Source of the DNA: Tegillarca granosa
Lineage: Eukaryota
Direction of reading: 5' to 3'
Assembly: GCA_029721355.1 (NCBI GenBank)
Contig: CM056607.1
Span: forward strand, 8,339,309 to 8,403,308
Length of the DNA stretch: 64,000 nucleotides
In this document: piece after piece, positions 46,843 through 58,582 of the stretch
Layout: the number at the start of each line of letters is the position of its first letter
Numbering within the stretch: the stretch's first letter is position 1
Translations under genes and position numbers: made by a program
The notes under the pieces: model-generated
What the model saw: the letters and a program-made list of their open reading frames with translations, nothing else
Database searches by the model: none
Told to the model about the DNA's origin: nothing

Positions 46843-48577
46843 AGCTCACCTGAGCTGAAAGCACAGATGAGCTATTGCTATCCATCTTCGTCGATCGTGT
46901 GTCGTGCGTAAACTTTTCATTTTAATCTTCTCCTCCAAAACCACTGGGCCAAATTTAATGAAACTTGGTAACCATCATGCCTGGGTGAAGCCCTTTCAGA
47001 TTTGCACAAATAAAGGAGTAATGTCCCCTTGGGGCCCCATAAGGGGGGAAAGAGTGAAAAAATTTGAAATCTTCTCCTCTGAATCTACAAGAGATATACC
47101 TTAGTTATTTCATTTATAACATCCTTATGTCATCTATTTTCAGATTTGCACAAATGGTAGCCGTGGGGCTCAAAATGGGGAAATTGTAAGGCACTGAGTG
47201 GGGAAATTACTAAAAATTATATATTTGTCACTATATCTTGAAAACTATCAACTTTTTGTATAGGCATGTATATTAGAATATTGTAGGTATTGACATGCCA
47301 ATGATTTTGATATATATTGTTCAGGGTCATACATTCAAAGGTCAAGGTCACAGCTGCAAAAGAAGACATAATTTGCTAATTATCTTGAAAACTATTAACT
47401 TTTTACAGGCATGTATATTAGAATATTGTAGGTATTGCAACAACGATCAATTTGATATATGGTTCAAAGTCATATGTTGAAAGGTCAAGGTCACAGCTGC
47501 AAAAGAAGACTTAAATTGCTATTTATCTTGAAAACTTAAACTTTTTGTATAGGCATGTATATTAGAATATTGTAGCTATTGACATGCCAATCATTTTGAT
47601 ATATGATTCAAGGTCATACGTTCAAAGGTCAAGGTCACAGCTGCAAAAGAAGACTTAAATTGCTAATTATCTTGAAAACTAATAACTTTTTGTATAGGCA
47701 TGTATATTAGAATATTGTAGCTATTGACATGCCAATCATTTTGATATATGATTCAAGGTCATACGTTCAAAGGTCAAGGTCACAGCTGCAAAAGAAGACT
47801 TAAATTGCTAATTATCTTGAAAACTAATAACTTTTTGTATAGGCATGTATATTAGAATATTGTAGGTATTGTGACAAGGATCATTTTGATATATGGTTCA
47901 AGGTCATATGTTGAAAGGGCAAAGCAGCAAAAGAAGACATAAATTGCTAATTATCTTGAAAACTATTAACTTTTTGTATAGGCATTGCCACAACGATCAT
48001 TTTGATAAATGATACAAGGTCATATGTGGAAAGGTCAAGGTCACAGCTGCAAAAGAAGACTTAAATTGCTAATTATCTTGAAAACTATTAACTTTTTGTA
48101 TAAGCATATATATTAGAATATTTTAGGTATTGACATGACAATAATTTTGATACATGGGTCAAGGTCATATGTGGAAAGGTCAAGGTCATATCAACATAGG
48201 AATACTAAAAATACTAATTATCTTGAAAGCCTTTAATTTCATGCATAGGCATGTATATTAGAATAATGTAGGTATTGACATGACAATCATATATGGTTCG
48301 AGGTCATATATGTTCAAAGGTCAAGGACATAGCTGCATAAGTATACTGAAATTGATTTATGATTTGGAAATTATTCATTGCGATACAGTAACTTCATGCA
48401 TATTATATAAGCTACTTATAAATGAAATTTGAGTGGATATATTTCTGATTAAATTTGTGGAAGTTCTTAATTTGAGAAAAATTTTCAAGTTTCTGTACTT
48501 AATACATTGTCTATTGCACTTTGCATACAATATTGGACATATCTTCAGGTGAGCGTTAAGGCCCATGGGCCTCTTGT
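46843..48577 (+). mobile_element. Helentron-like non-autonomous element copy T3 with internal satellite monomers; PARP4 intron 30
   Basis: The 5' AGCTCACCTGAGC.. and 3' ..CTTCAGGTGAGCGTTAAGGCCCATGGGCCTCTTGT termini match T2. Internal ..tgtataggcatgtatattagaatattgtaggtattgacatg..caaggtcatatgttcaaaggtcaaggtcacagctgcaaaagaagac.. monomers. Confidence 0.5.
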
Positions 48578-48894
48578 ATTATTTTTGTGGGTAAGTAAAA
48601 ACCATGAAATTAAATGTCAATGAATTTTTTTAATTACCAAGACTCCCAGTGGGATGTTTTATCATAAACCCCAAATTTTCTCCCAACAAAACTTTTTAAT
48701 TGCATAACCATAAAAACTTAAATTGGAAGAATATGAATGATTCTAAAGTTTAAAATACAAACATAGAAGCCATGGATTTTTGGGTTTCAAAATACCATGG
48801 TGACAAGAGTTATTAATAAGCTTGCAAACAAATTATTACTTTATGTCATAAATAGTAATTGTGTTAATAGTTGATTATTGTTAAATCATTTTTA

Positions 48895-51083
48895 GCTCAC
48901 CTGGCTTTAGCCAGCGTGAGCTTATGGTATGATGCGGCGTGTGTATGTGCGTGCGTGCGTGCGTGCGTCCGTAAACTTTACATTTTAATCTTCTTCTCCA
49001 AAACCACTGGGCCAAATTTGATGAAACTTGGTTACCATTATGCCTGGGTGAAGCCCTTTCAGATTTGCAAAAATGAAAGAGTTATGTCCCCTTGGGGCCC
49101 CATAAGGGGGGAAATAGTGAAAAACTTTAAAAATCTTCTCCTCTGAATGTACAAGAGATATACCTTAGTTATTTCATTTATACCATCCCTAGGTCATCTA
49201 GTTTCAGATTTGCACAAATGGTAGCCATGGGGCTCAAAATGGGGAAATTATAAGGTACTAAGTGGGAAAATTGCTTAAAATTATATATTTGTCACTATAT
49301 CTTGAAAACAATTGACTTTTTGTATAGGCATGTATATTAGAATATTGTAGGTATTGACATGACAATCATTTTAATATATGGTTCAAGGTCATATGTTGAA
49401 AGGTCAAGGTCACAGCTGCAAAAAAAAAACTTAAATTGCTTATTATCTTGAAAACAATTGACTTTTTGTATAGGCATGTAAATTAGAATATTGTAGGTAT
49501 TGTGACAAAGATCATTTTGATATATGATACAAGGTCATATGTTCAAAGGTCAAGGTCACAGCTGCAAAAGAAGACATAAATTGCTAATTATCTTGAAAAC
49601 TATGAACTTTTTGTATAGGCATGTATATTAGAATATTGTAGGTATTGACATGACAATCATTTTGATATATGGATCAAGGTCATATGTTTAAAGGTCAAGG
49701 TCACAGCTGCAAAAGAAAACTTAAATTGCTAATTATCTTGAAAACTATAAACTTTTTGTATAGGCATGTATATTAAAATATTGTAGGTATTGACATGACA
49801 ATCATTTTGATATATGGTTCAAGGTTATATGTTGAAAGGTCAAGGTCACAGCTTCAAAAAAGACTTAAAATGCTAATTATTTTGTAAACTATGAACTTTT
49901 TGTATGGGCATGTATATTAGAATATTGTAGGTATTGACATGACGATCATTTTGATATATGGTTCAAGATCATATGTTCAAAGGTCAAGGTCACAGCTTCA
50001 AAAAAGACTTAAAAGGCTAATTATCTTGTAAACTATGAACTTTTTGTATAGGCATGTATATTAGAATATTGTAGGTATTGACATGACGATCATTTTGATA
50101 TATGGATCAGGGTCATATGTTGAAAGGTCAAGGTCATAGCTGCAAAAGAAGACTTAAATTGCTAATTATCTTGAAAACTATAAACTTTTTGTATGGGCAT
50201 GTATATTAGAATATTGTAGGTATTGACATGACAATCATTTTCATGTATGGTTCAAGGTTATATGTTGAAAGGTCAAGGTCACAGCTGCAAAAAAAAAGAC
50301 TTAAATTGCTTATTATCTTGAAAACAATATTGAGTGCGGAAGGTCCTTAGGTGGTATAGATTCAAAATTGTATCCAACATGTCTGTCAGAAATCCAAGAT
50401 GGCTGCCGTTACTCTAAATAACAAAAATAAAAAAATGGCCATTTTGGGTTTATTTTTGTACTGATTTTGTTGAAATTTGAAACATAGAAAATAGATGTCG
50501 AGGGATAAAACATATATAACGGGTTTTTCCTTACGATTTTTCATTTGTGTAATAATTACGTAATATGCAAATAAGGTTTATTTTTAGCCATAATCTTTGA
50601 AAATCTTCTCTTAAAGTACGTGGCCAATTGAAAGGATATGGAAGTGTGGAAGGTCCTTGGGTGGTATAGATTCAAAATTGTATCCGACATGTCTGTCGGA
50701 AATCCAAGATGGCCGCCATAGCAAAAATCGAAAAATGGCCATTATGGGTTTATTTACATGTATATACTGATTTTGTTGAAATTTATAACATAGAAACTAG
50801 ATGTTGGGGATAAAACATATGTAATGGGTTTTTCTGTACAATTTTCCTTTTTTGCAATAATTATGTAACATGCAAATAAGGTTTATTTCAGCCTAAATCT
50901 TCTGAAAGTACATGGCCAATTGAAAGAAATTTTATGATTCATAGCGCTTGAAATAATAGAAAATAAGGATATTGCTAGTGAGTTTGTTTTATATTTTATT
51001 GATTGAATATATTTAAAAAGAAAAAGCAAAGAACAAATAAGGATGTGCCAGGTGAGCGATACAGGCCCTATTGGGCCTCTTGT
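48895..51083 (+). mobile_element. Helentron-like non-autonomous element copy T4: same termini and satellite, plus a different cargo (a ~310-bp direct duplication at 50330-50940) and a variant 3' hairpin; PARP4 intron 30
   Basis: 5' tttttAGCTCACCTGGC..; 3' ..GCCAGGTGAGCGATACAGGCCCTATTGGGCCTCTTGT|t (hairpin AGGCCCTATTGGGCCT). Confidence 0.45.
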
Positions 51084-51689
51084 TTCAAACTGTTTAAAGA
51101 ACTTGTATACATGTATTAATAAATTCTTTTTATTGAATTGGTGTGTAAAGTTATGTGTTTTTTAAGAGGGGGAAGAACAGGCCTTCACAAACACCGATTT
51201 TTGGCAAAAAATTCCGATTCAAACTTAAAAAAACTGATTGAAAAATAGCCAAATCGGCTTTTTTCTCCATAATAGTAAGACAAAATCTGATTAAAAATTC
51301 TTTAATGCCGGCTTGTTAACAATTAAAATTACTCAGGACATTGTCACGATTCACTGAACTTCCCTATTCACAGGTTTTTAAGGTCTCATTCCAAGATCCC
51401 TGTGCCTCTGAAAATATGAGCGTAAAAGAAAAGATACGGCTGATTTCTTATGTTCTGCTCCATATTTGGTCTTATTGTATTATCATGACACTTAAAAAGG
51501 CCACTGTTTAAGCTATATAACAAACGTGATGTCTTAACTTGGAGCAGTATACTTGCTTCTCCAGCTTAAAATGTGTTGGTTCCACAGTTAATATGGTATG
51601 ATAGAGCTTGTTCCAGGAATTAATATAAATTAATTCATAAATACAACAAAGCAAGCTGCTTACAAATAAATTGACTCAGGGATATTGCA

Positions 51690-51835
51690 AGCCTAGGTTT
51701 ATCAAGGCCCTTAAAAGTTATATGGCTGCCATTATTCCTTCCTGTCAGATAGTCCTGGACTGGGATCAAATCTGGAACCTCCCATGTTACTGATAAGTGC
51801 TCTACTGAATGAGCTACCCAGACCATTACACAATG
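51690..51835 (-). mobile_element. SINE family B copy (minus), 160 bp upstream of exon 31
   Basis: Reverse complement reads AATGGTCTGGGTAGCTCATTCAGTAGAGCACTTATCAGTAACATGGGAGGTTCCAGATTTGATCCCAGTCCAGGACTATCTGACAGG, matching the 9118 head. Confidence 0.5.
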
Positions 51836-51992
51836 ACTTCAATACATTGAACACTAGGATGACAAACAAACTTTGATCTGTTGATATATAACTTGATCTT
51901 TTTACAAAACCCTGATCAATATTTTTATATATCTGATGGTTTGTTTAGAGCTTTAAGAGAAATACTGTTTATTTTTCTTCTTTACTTTGTAG

Positions 51993-52054
51993 ATTTACCA
52001 GAAGATGCCACTGTTTATTTAGTGTTACGTTTACGAGGAGGACCTGGTCCCTCA
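51993..52054 (+). CDS. PARP4: PARP4-like exon 31: C-terminal half of the ubiquitin-like domain (LVLRLRGG)
   Basis: tactttgtag|AT.. ..CCCTCA|gtaagt. A phase-1 acceptor matches the phase-1 donor at 40452. DLPEDATVYLVLRLRGGPGPS ~ ubiquitin ..STLHLVLRLRGG. Confidence 0.75.
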
Positions 52055-52792
52055 GTAAGTACTGTACAAGTTGGCTTTTCTGTGTATCACTTGATTTACT
52101 GTAACATTTGTGAATCTTTTTTTCTTGCTGGTTATGGAATTGCTTTTTCCTGGAATAACATACATTTTATAGAAAATATTAAACTGCCATCACTTTTACA
52201 CTTATGATGACACTTCTGTACTTAGTTAAAGTAGGTCCTTCACTTTTATGCTGGCAAATATCATTTTACATTATACTAAATGTATTTGTTTATAAAAAAG
52301 CCCTTTGTTTCTTTTATATAAGCATGCATGCATCCATCAGTCCATACATAAACTTTAATCTTCTCCTCTGAAACTACAGGGCCAAACAGAACCATATTCA
52401 GGTTGGAAGGTCCTTAGTGGAGTAGTTTAAAATTTGTACCAGATTCCACTGTAGCTTGGTTTAGATAGGTCGTTAATTTGGTTTAGCTTTGTCAGGTTCC
52501 ACTGCAGTTTAATATAGACAGGTTTTAACCATGGTTTAGTTTTCCCAGGTTCCTTTGCATATCAGTATAGACAGGTTCAATTTTGATACAGCTTTTACAG
52601 GTACTACTTTTCTTTGAACTGTGACAGCTGGATCTAAATTATGCTTTTAAATCAACTTTAGGAAGAAAGTTCACTTTAAGGCTACATCGGGAATTAACAT
52701 GAAAATATGTTCTAACAAGTTAATTTTAGACTAAATAAAATGCAGGTTTAATGTTGTTCTTCAAAATCTACTGGTTTTTTCTTCATTAACAG

Positions 52793-55218
52793 GACAATTT
52801 GAGTATCAGATCAGATATGTCCAGTGAGTTACCAGATCAAGTTCCTGTCCAAAAGGCTAACTTAATTGGTAAAAAAATAATTGCTACAAAAGGTGCAAGA
52901 AAATCTAGTTTTGAAGAAAGTGTCCCCACCTCAAAAGATCAAGTTGTTGACCAAGATGATGTTGATATTCCTAGTGACAGTTTAGATGAAAGTGATTACT
53001 CAGAGGAAGCTGAGTGTCCCATACAACAACCTATTCCTAAAAAAGAACTCCCTAAATATGCTGCCAGAAAGTCTGCACCAATAGCCAATATTATTACTGT
53101 TGACTATTCAGATGAGGCCGAGGATGATGAAGGTGAGAGCATTATGGGAACAGAAGATTCTCCGCCAGCTTCAGAAGACTTTTCTTATGCTTTCCAGTAT
53201 GCAGATAGAAAGGATAGCTTGCTGGATGAAGGTTCTTTTTCACCAGGGTTACAAAGTTATGACAAAAAAATCGATGCAATTGACATTGAAAAAGGGAGTT
53301 TGAAAACAGGTTCAGCCAATAAGAAGGCAAAAAAATCCAAAATGTCTGATATAAATGTTTCAGCTGATATGTCACCAACAAATGGTCCTTTTGAGGATAG
53401 TTCACTACCATCACATTTATTTGGTCTTGGATCATCTTCACTGTTGGAAACAACAAATGCATTGGATATTGAGGGTGAAATAGATTTGTCAGACTTCCTG
53501 AATGGAACTGTTGCTACACCATTGTTCCAAAGTCAAGATAGTACTACTTTTAATGATGCTCTCATGAATGAATCAGAACCCCCTGCAGATGTTCCAACAC
53601 AATCATTTCAAGCATTTGAGCTAGCATCACCTATGTACCAGCAAGTATCACCATGTTATAACCCCACATCTCCATCCTATAGTCCCACATCTCCATCTTA
53701 CAGCCCCACATCACCAGCATATAACCCTGCAACTCCAGCATACAGTCTAACATCTCCAGCATACAAACCCTCTTCATCGTCCTTTGACAAGACAGGTCAT
53801 AGTGACATGCATACTCTTACAGTTCAGTCTGCTGGATTTGAACCAGAAAAAGATGAAAGACATGTATCTGATATGTATTTTGCTCCAGACTTTGATCCTG
53901 TTTTGTTACCAGCAAAGTTACCATCAAAACCAAGCAAGCATACTGCCTTTGGTTTGAGTGGATATGGGTCACTGGACCAGTCAGGGTTTGATTCTAGTGA
54001 ACTGAGTCGTCTTCATTTCCCTGGTTTCAGTTCTGAAGGATATAGCTCCCAGAGCCAGTCAAGATTTGATTCCAGTGGAACAAAAAAACCACATGCATTT
54101 GGTTTTGGGGGAAATCTTGAACTTCAAAATCAAATCCAACAATGTATACAACCACCACCACCACCACCAGTCAGAAAGAGAACAATAAGACAGACATTTA
54201 TTGATAAAGAATTGATGCAAGAAGTGGATCCTCATACTGAAGAAAATATTAACCACACATTTCAACCTCAGGTACAGCCTTCTTTACAAGACATACCTTT
54301 GCCACCAGAATCACCTCTGTGGAAATCATCAGATGAATCATACTTACATGCTCTTGACAAAAATTCAGCACATTATGATCCAAAAACCAGATTGATGATT
54401 ACTGCTGAGAGTAGATTAGTGGATACAGACAGTAGGGTCAAAGGTTTTCAGGACAGAGATCTTTCCCATAAATTTGTAATAAACAAGAGAGGTAGAGGAA
54501 GGGGAGGTAAAGTAATCAGAATGTCAGTATCAAGTGAGCAAAATGTACAAGAAAAAAGGAAGAGAGAGGGCAAACATAGGAGCCCTGATTCAGAAAGTAG
54601 ATCAAGAAATAGAAATGTGAGGCAATGGCAAGGTAGTAGAAGCTGGTCTATAAGTAGGTCTAGAAGCAGAAGTCATGGACATAGGGTAGAAAGAAGAAGG
54701 TCAAGAAGCAGAAGTCGTGAACCTAGGGTAGACAGGAGAAGTAGGTCAAGAAGCAGAAGTCATGAACCTAGGGTAGACAGGAGAAGTAGGTCTAGAAGCA
54801 GAAGTGATGGACATAGTGTAGACATGAGAACTAGGTCAAGAAGCAGAAGTCCAGAGCACAGGGATAGATGGTCAAGAAGACGGTCTAGTAGCAGAAGTCA
54901 TGAACATAGTGTAGACATGAGAACTGGGTCAAGAAGTGGAGGTTTTGGTTACCAAAGTGACAGAGGAATAGGGTTTAGAAATAGATCAAGAAGCAGAAGT
55001 TATGATCACTCTGCCACTAAAAAGAGGGGAAAAAGTAGGTCTAGAGAAAGGGGACAAAAAGATGAAGGAACCAGAAAATCAAGGAGTAGAGACAAGGATA
55101 GACAAAGACATAAAGATAGACAGTTAGCTGTTAGTCCAGAGAGACATGTTTCTTTTCTAGATGCTGCTACATCAAGAGAAAGCATGGGCAGAGATGCTAG
55201 GAAAGATGAAAATAAACA
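52793..55218 (+). CDS. PARP4: PARP4-like exon 32: 2.4-kb exon encoding an acidic/S-P-rich low-complexity region, 6 RNA-Pol-II-CTD-like YSPTSPS heptads, a PPPPPP tract and an Arg/Ser (RS) domain
   Basis: cattaacag|GAC.. Open for 808 codons. The TAA at 55220 overlaps a consensus donor ca|GTAAGT at 55219, which must be used to reach the conserved C-terminal exons. Contains [41 protein letters not shown] and [36 protein letters not shown]. Confidence 0.75.
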
Positions 55219-56287
55219 GTAAGTATTTTATATGATTTATCTTTAAAATATTTGTAAAATCATTTGTTAAGGTTACAAGCCAAAAAATGGTTTTATCTCC
55301 AATCATTACCAAAATATATTAATATAATGAAAATACAAGAGCCCCAATTTGATTTAAGTCTTTAGAAAGGATCCTGCTTATTGAGGCTTTTGGGGGCCCA
55401 TCTTCCAGATAACTTTTTTATCTTAAAATATTTATGGATAATTATACCAGCACTACCATATGCAATATCACACACCCTAAATATGACATGGGTCTTTACA
55501 TAATTGATTTTTTGCATTGTACATCAGCAGACCAACTTGATGATTCAGCTGTTGATGTACAGGGCTAATATCACCATATACCTTAATCATTTGCTAGAAA
55601 ATTCTGTTACTGCCTGATCCCTTGTTGAGATTAATTCTATTTCTGCCCTTAACTAAACTTCCTGATTTTCAATCACTACGTGATTGTCTATTACTTTGAA
55701 CATCTCAGACAATTACTTAAATCAGTTTTGACAATAGAATAGGAGTTGTATTCTTGTCTGTGACATATTTGCTTGGCAAGCTAGCCACTCAACAAAGAGT
55801 CAACCTGAGTGTATGCTTGTATAAAGCAGACAATAACACACACCTGCACATACATGTAATCCTTAGGATTAATAAAACTTGCTCTTTTCACAAATAGCTG
55901 AAAAATTGCTGAGGTTTAACAATGTAAAAGTCAATCCATGTTCCAAGGGTGTGACATGACCTTGAATCATGTCATGTGTAAGGTCAAGGTCATGGAGTGC
56001 CTGTCTGCAGGGGTATTAGAAAGTACTGGGGGTATTACTGGAGAAAATTCTAATTAATCTTGGTAAGAAAACATCATCATTAATATCTTTTAAAATTCAA
56101 TTTTCCTTAAATATTTTTTACCACAAAATGTTTTGACTTGTATTTTTAGATTGCTATTTTTTTACAACTAGAGCAATGAAATTGGCATTGTATTTATATC
56201 AAAAGATTTTCATGCCAGTGTAGACTATGTATTGAGTCTATTGACAGTCAGTACTCTTTTTTATTGAATTTACTTATGTAATTCCAG

Positions 56288-56372
56288 ATACATTGAGAAC
56301 AGTTTATGGAAGAACATAAAAATTGGCAATGAGGACAAAAACTTTAATCAGAAATTACCTGCTTTAACAGAG
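56288..56372 (+). CDS. PARP4: PARP4-like exon 33 (candidate)
   Basis: taattccag|A.. ..ACAGAG|gtatgt. Phase 2->0 links exon 32 to exon 34. QYIENSLWKNIKIGNEDKNFNQKLPALTE; similarity is weak. Confidence 0.5.
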
Positions 56373-56849
56373 GTATGTTTCCCCATCAGTTTTGTCATTG
56401 TACTTTTAGCAGTTAAACTTTATAGTTTTTGAAGCTGGACGCATTGTCTGCCCAACTTGTTAATCTTTCAAATTTTTCAACTAAAATAAAGTTTATACAT
56501 ATTCATGAACTTCTATGCAACTAAGGAGATTTTTTCTCATCAAAATTTTATAATCTGGCAGGCAACTGGGGTTAGAGCCTAATTGGGTCTTAAATACTAG
56601 TACATTACTACTGTAAACTTACTGTGTACTAAGAGGTGTTTTAGCTATGCCTCTGCCTTTGCCCCTTTTAAACACAGTAGTCTTGAAGAAATTTTGTGAA
56701 TTTTTACTGCAAATTATAAATTGTATCAAGTTTTGAATAGCAATCTTGACATGAACACAGGTCTTTCAAAACACTAACAGATCGATTATTCTTTGCAATT
56801 TTATTGTAAGCAATATATATATATATATTTTTTTTTTCACATTTTTCAG

Positions 56850-56949
56850 AACAAATATTGGGAATTGACCCCCGACCTTTGTAAGGTTTTAGGTGTGTCA
56901 TGTGATTCGATAAAGAAAATTTTACGACAACAAGGATTATACTCTTTAG
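56850..56949 (+). CDS. PARP4: PARP4-like exon 34 (MVP-binding-like C-terminal region)
   Basis: catttttcag|AAC.. ..CTTTAG|gtaagt. NKYWELTPDLCKVLGVSCDSIKKILRQQGLYSL ~ human DGFWKLTPELGLILNLNTNGLHSFLKQKGIQSLG. Confidence 0.8.
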
Positions 56950-57049
56950 GTAAGTTTAATTTTAGATGCAAGATTTCTGTAATTTTATCGAACTTTCTGA
57001 CAGCATTCTATAATGGTGGATACTTTAAATTGTTCACAAATGATCTAGT

Positions 57050-57312
57050 AGATGCCAGAAGTGAAGTTGAGTGGAGTAATGGTGTTTAACACCCCAGTCA
57101 AGATTCTTTCACTTATACCAAGGCAGTCAGTTCTGTAATGATGAAGAATCTTGAGTGCCTGAAGAAAATATCTGACCTTTGACAAGCAAACTGACAAACT
57201 ATCTCACACTAGGATCTGCCCAAATGGGTTTGAAGCTAGGCAGTGCAAGGCATTGTGATCCGTAAGTGCACACTTTAAACCTTATGTCCACCAAGTCCCT
57301 GGTAGAGGCAGG
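57050..57312 (-). mobile_element. tRNA-derived SINE family A copy A3 (PARP4 intron 34)
   Basis: gagtggagtaatggtgtttaacaccccagtcaagattctttcac..caaactgacaaactatctcacactaggatctgcccaaatgggtttgaagctaggcagtgcaaggcattgtgatccgtaagtgcacactttaaacc.. Confidence 0.6.
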
Positions 57313-57919
57313 AGGTTATATTACATTGTTTTACATTTTTCATTTCAGGTGGCTCGTTCGATAAATAGTCTGACATAAAAATATCATTTCAAGCTAATGT
57401 AATAACCTTTGATGTGTGCAACTTTTTGTCAATAAAATCTATTTAATCTTTATGCTACTAGTAAATTCAACTCTTCACTGTGTTGATATTCAAAACCAAA
57501 CCACCAATTAACTTTTATGGTTTAACAACAGCGAGTCAGTCCTCAAGAATGTTAAATTCAAGGCCAAAGAAGCCCTGCTGGAAATGACCCAAGTGGTTTA
57601 GAGATCTGCATTATGGATTACAGTGCTTCTCAATGCCTAAAATTTGAATCCAACTTGGGCATATCCCAGTGTTTAAAACCTCGTCAGTTGGCTTGCCCAA
57701 GGATCTATTATTCTGGGTATTCCAATTTCCTCCACCATTCCAGAATTGACCACCTCCATACCCATGCATAAAATTAGCACTACTCCTATTAATATCATTG
57801 GTTATTTTTTTTATTGTCACTTTGGCCAGATTACTTATTATATTTTTGTTAGTTTATTTTTTATACTTGATCTTGACCCCTTTTAGATTGTTGATATGCA
57901 TTTTATTTATTGGCCTTGA

Positions 57920-58240
57920 TCTCTTTGAACATTATTATTTTCAATTTTGTTTCTTAACCTTGACCTCTTATACTCGTACATTGTTTGATTACATTTGTGT
58001 GTTGAGCTTAACTTCTTTTTGTTGGTTTGAATTTTATTTGACCTTGACCTCTTGTACTTGCACATTGTTTGTTTGTATTTTTTGTGTTGACTTAACCTTA
58101 ACCTCTTGTTGTTGGTTTGAATTTCATTTGACCTTGACCTTTTGTACTCGTACATTGTTGCTTTACATTTTTTGTGTTGATCTTAACCATCTTGTTGTTG
58201 GTTTAAATTTTATTTGACCTTGACCTCTTTCATATTTTTG
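57920..58240 (+). repeat. ~60-bp tandem repeat x ~5 (..TTGACCTTGACCTCTTGTACTYGYACATTGTTKG..TTTTTGTGTTGA..) ending 20 bp before the exon-35 acceptor
   Basis: Direct reading; ORFs 57798-58217 (+) and 57907-58155 (-) are artefacts. Confidence 0.8.
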
Positions 58241-58262
58241 ATTTACATTTTGTTTGTTTTAG

Positions 58263-58582
58263 CTGCCTCAGTGTCATTAATGGGAGAGAGACTTCTCGCC
58301 ACACTACTGGTTATAATACACCGAATAAAACAACATAAACATTTTCAAGAATGGATAAAAGATGGAAACTTATATGAAATATATGTTGAAATAGACAAAA
58401 ATGTTCTTAGATTTGATAGAGGAAAACATGGATCAATTTCACTGATTTTAGAAAAAAGCATGGAACAACCTTTAATCTGGTTAAAGGAGACTCATAAAAA
58501 AATTCCAAGTTTGTGTGTTGACCTTGAACTTGGAAAGAGTATAAAAGATTTTCTGTGGAAATTATATTTGTCTGTTTCATGA
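58263..58582 (+). CDS. PARP4: PARP4-like terminal coding exon 35 (stop TGA 58580-58582)
   Basis: tgttttag|CT.. AASVSLMGERLLATLLVIIHRIKQHKHFQEWIKDGNLYEIYVEIDKNVLRFDRGKHGSISLILEKSMEQPLIWLKETHKK..LSVS* ~ human VKGRECLLDLIATMLVLQFIRTRLEKEGIVFKSLMK. Confidence 0.8.

Larger units (their letters stand above)
4858..58582 (+). other. PARP4: Gene span (first ATG to stop) of a vault poly(ADP-ribose) polymerase PARP4 ortholog; 35 coding exons listed below
   Basis: 35 GT-AG-bounded exons with consistent phases. Concatenated translation aligns along human PARP4: BRCT end KQARRYNIPVL, TEFYRLIPHK~EEFYQAIPHK, KYRALRC~KFRALRC, LLLICDVALGK~FVLLCEVALGK, AAVCGFEAFINGKHI identical, DVFTVSVGNLPPKA identical, FWKLTPELG~YWELTPDLC near the C-terminus. 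Confidence 0.85.

Noticed and set aside
53142-53462. Antisense ORFs inside the PARP4 giant exon (also 54059-54265)
   Set aside because: They overlap a well-supported sense exon and have no homology or splice context. Chance ORFs.
52799-55222. 807-aa ORF as a stand-alone prokaryote-style gene
   Set aside because: It starts at a TTG directly after a splice acceptor (cattaacag|), is in frame with upstream PARP4 exons, and its terminal TAA overlaps a consensus GTAAGT donor leading to conserved PARP4 C-terminal exons. It is an internal exon.
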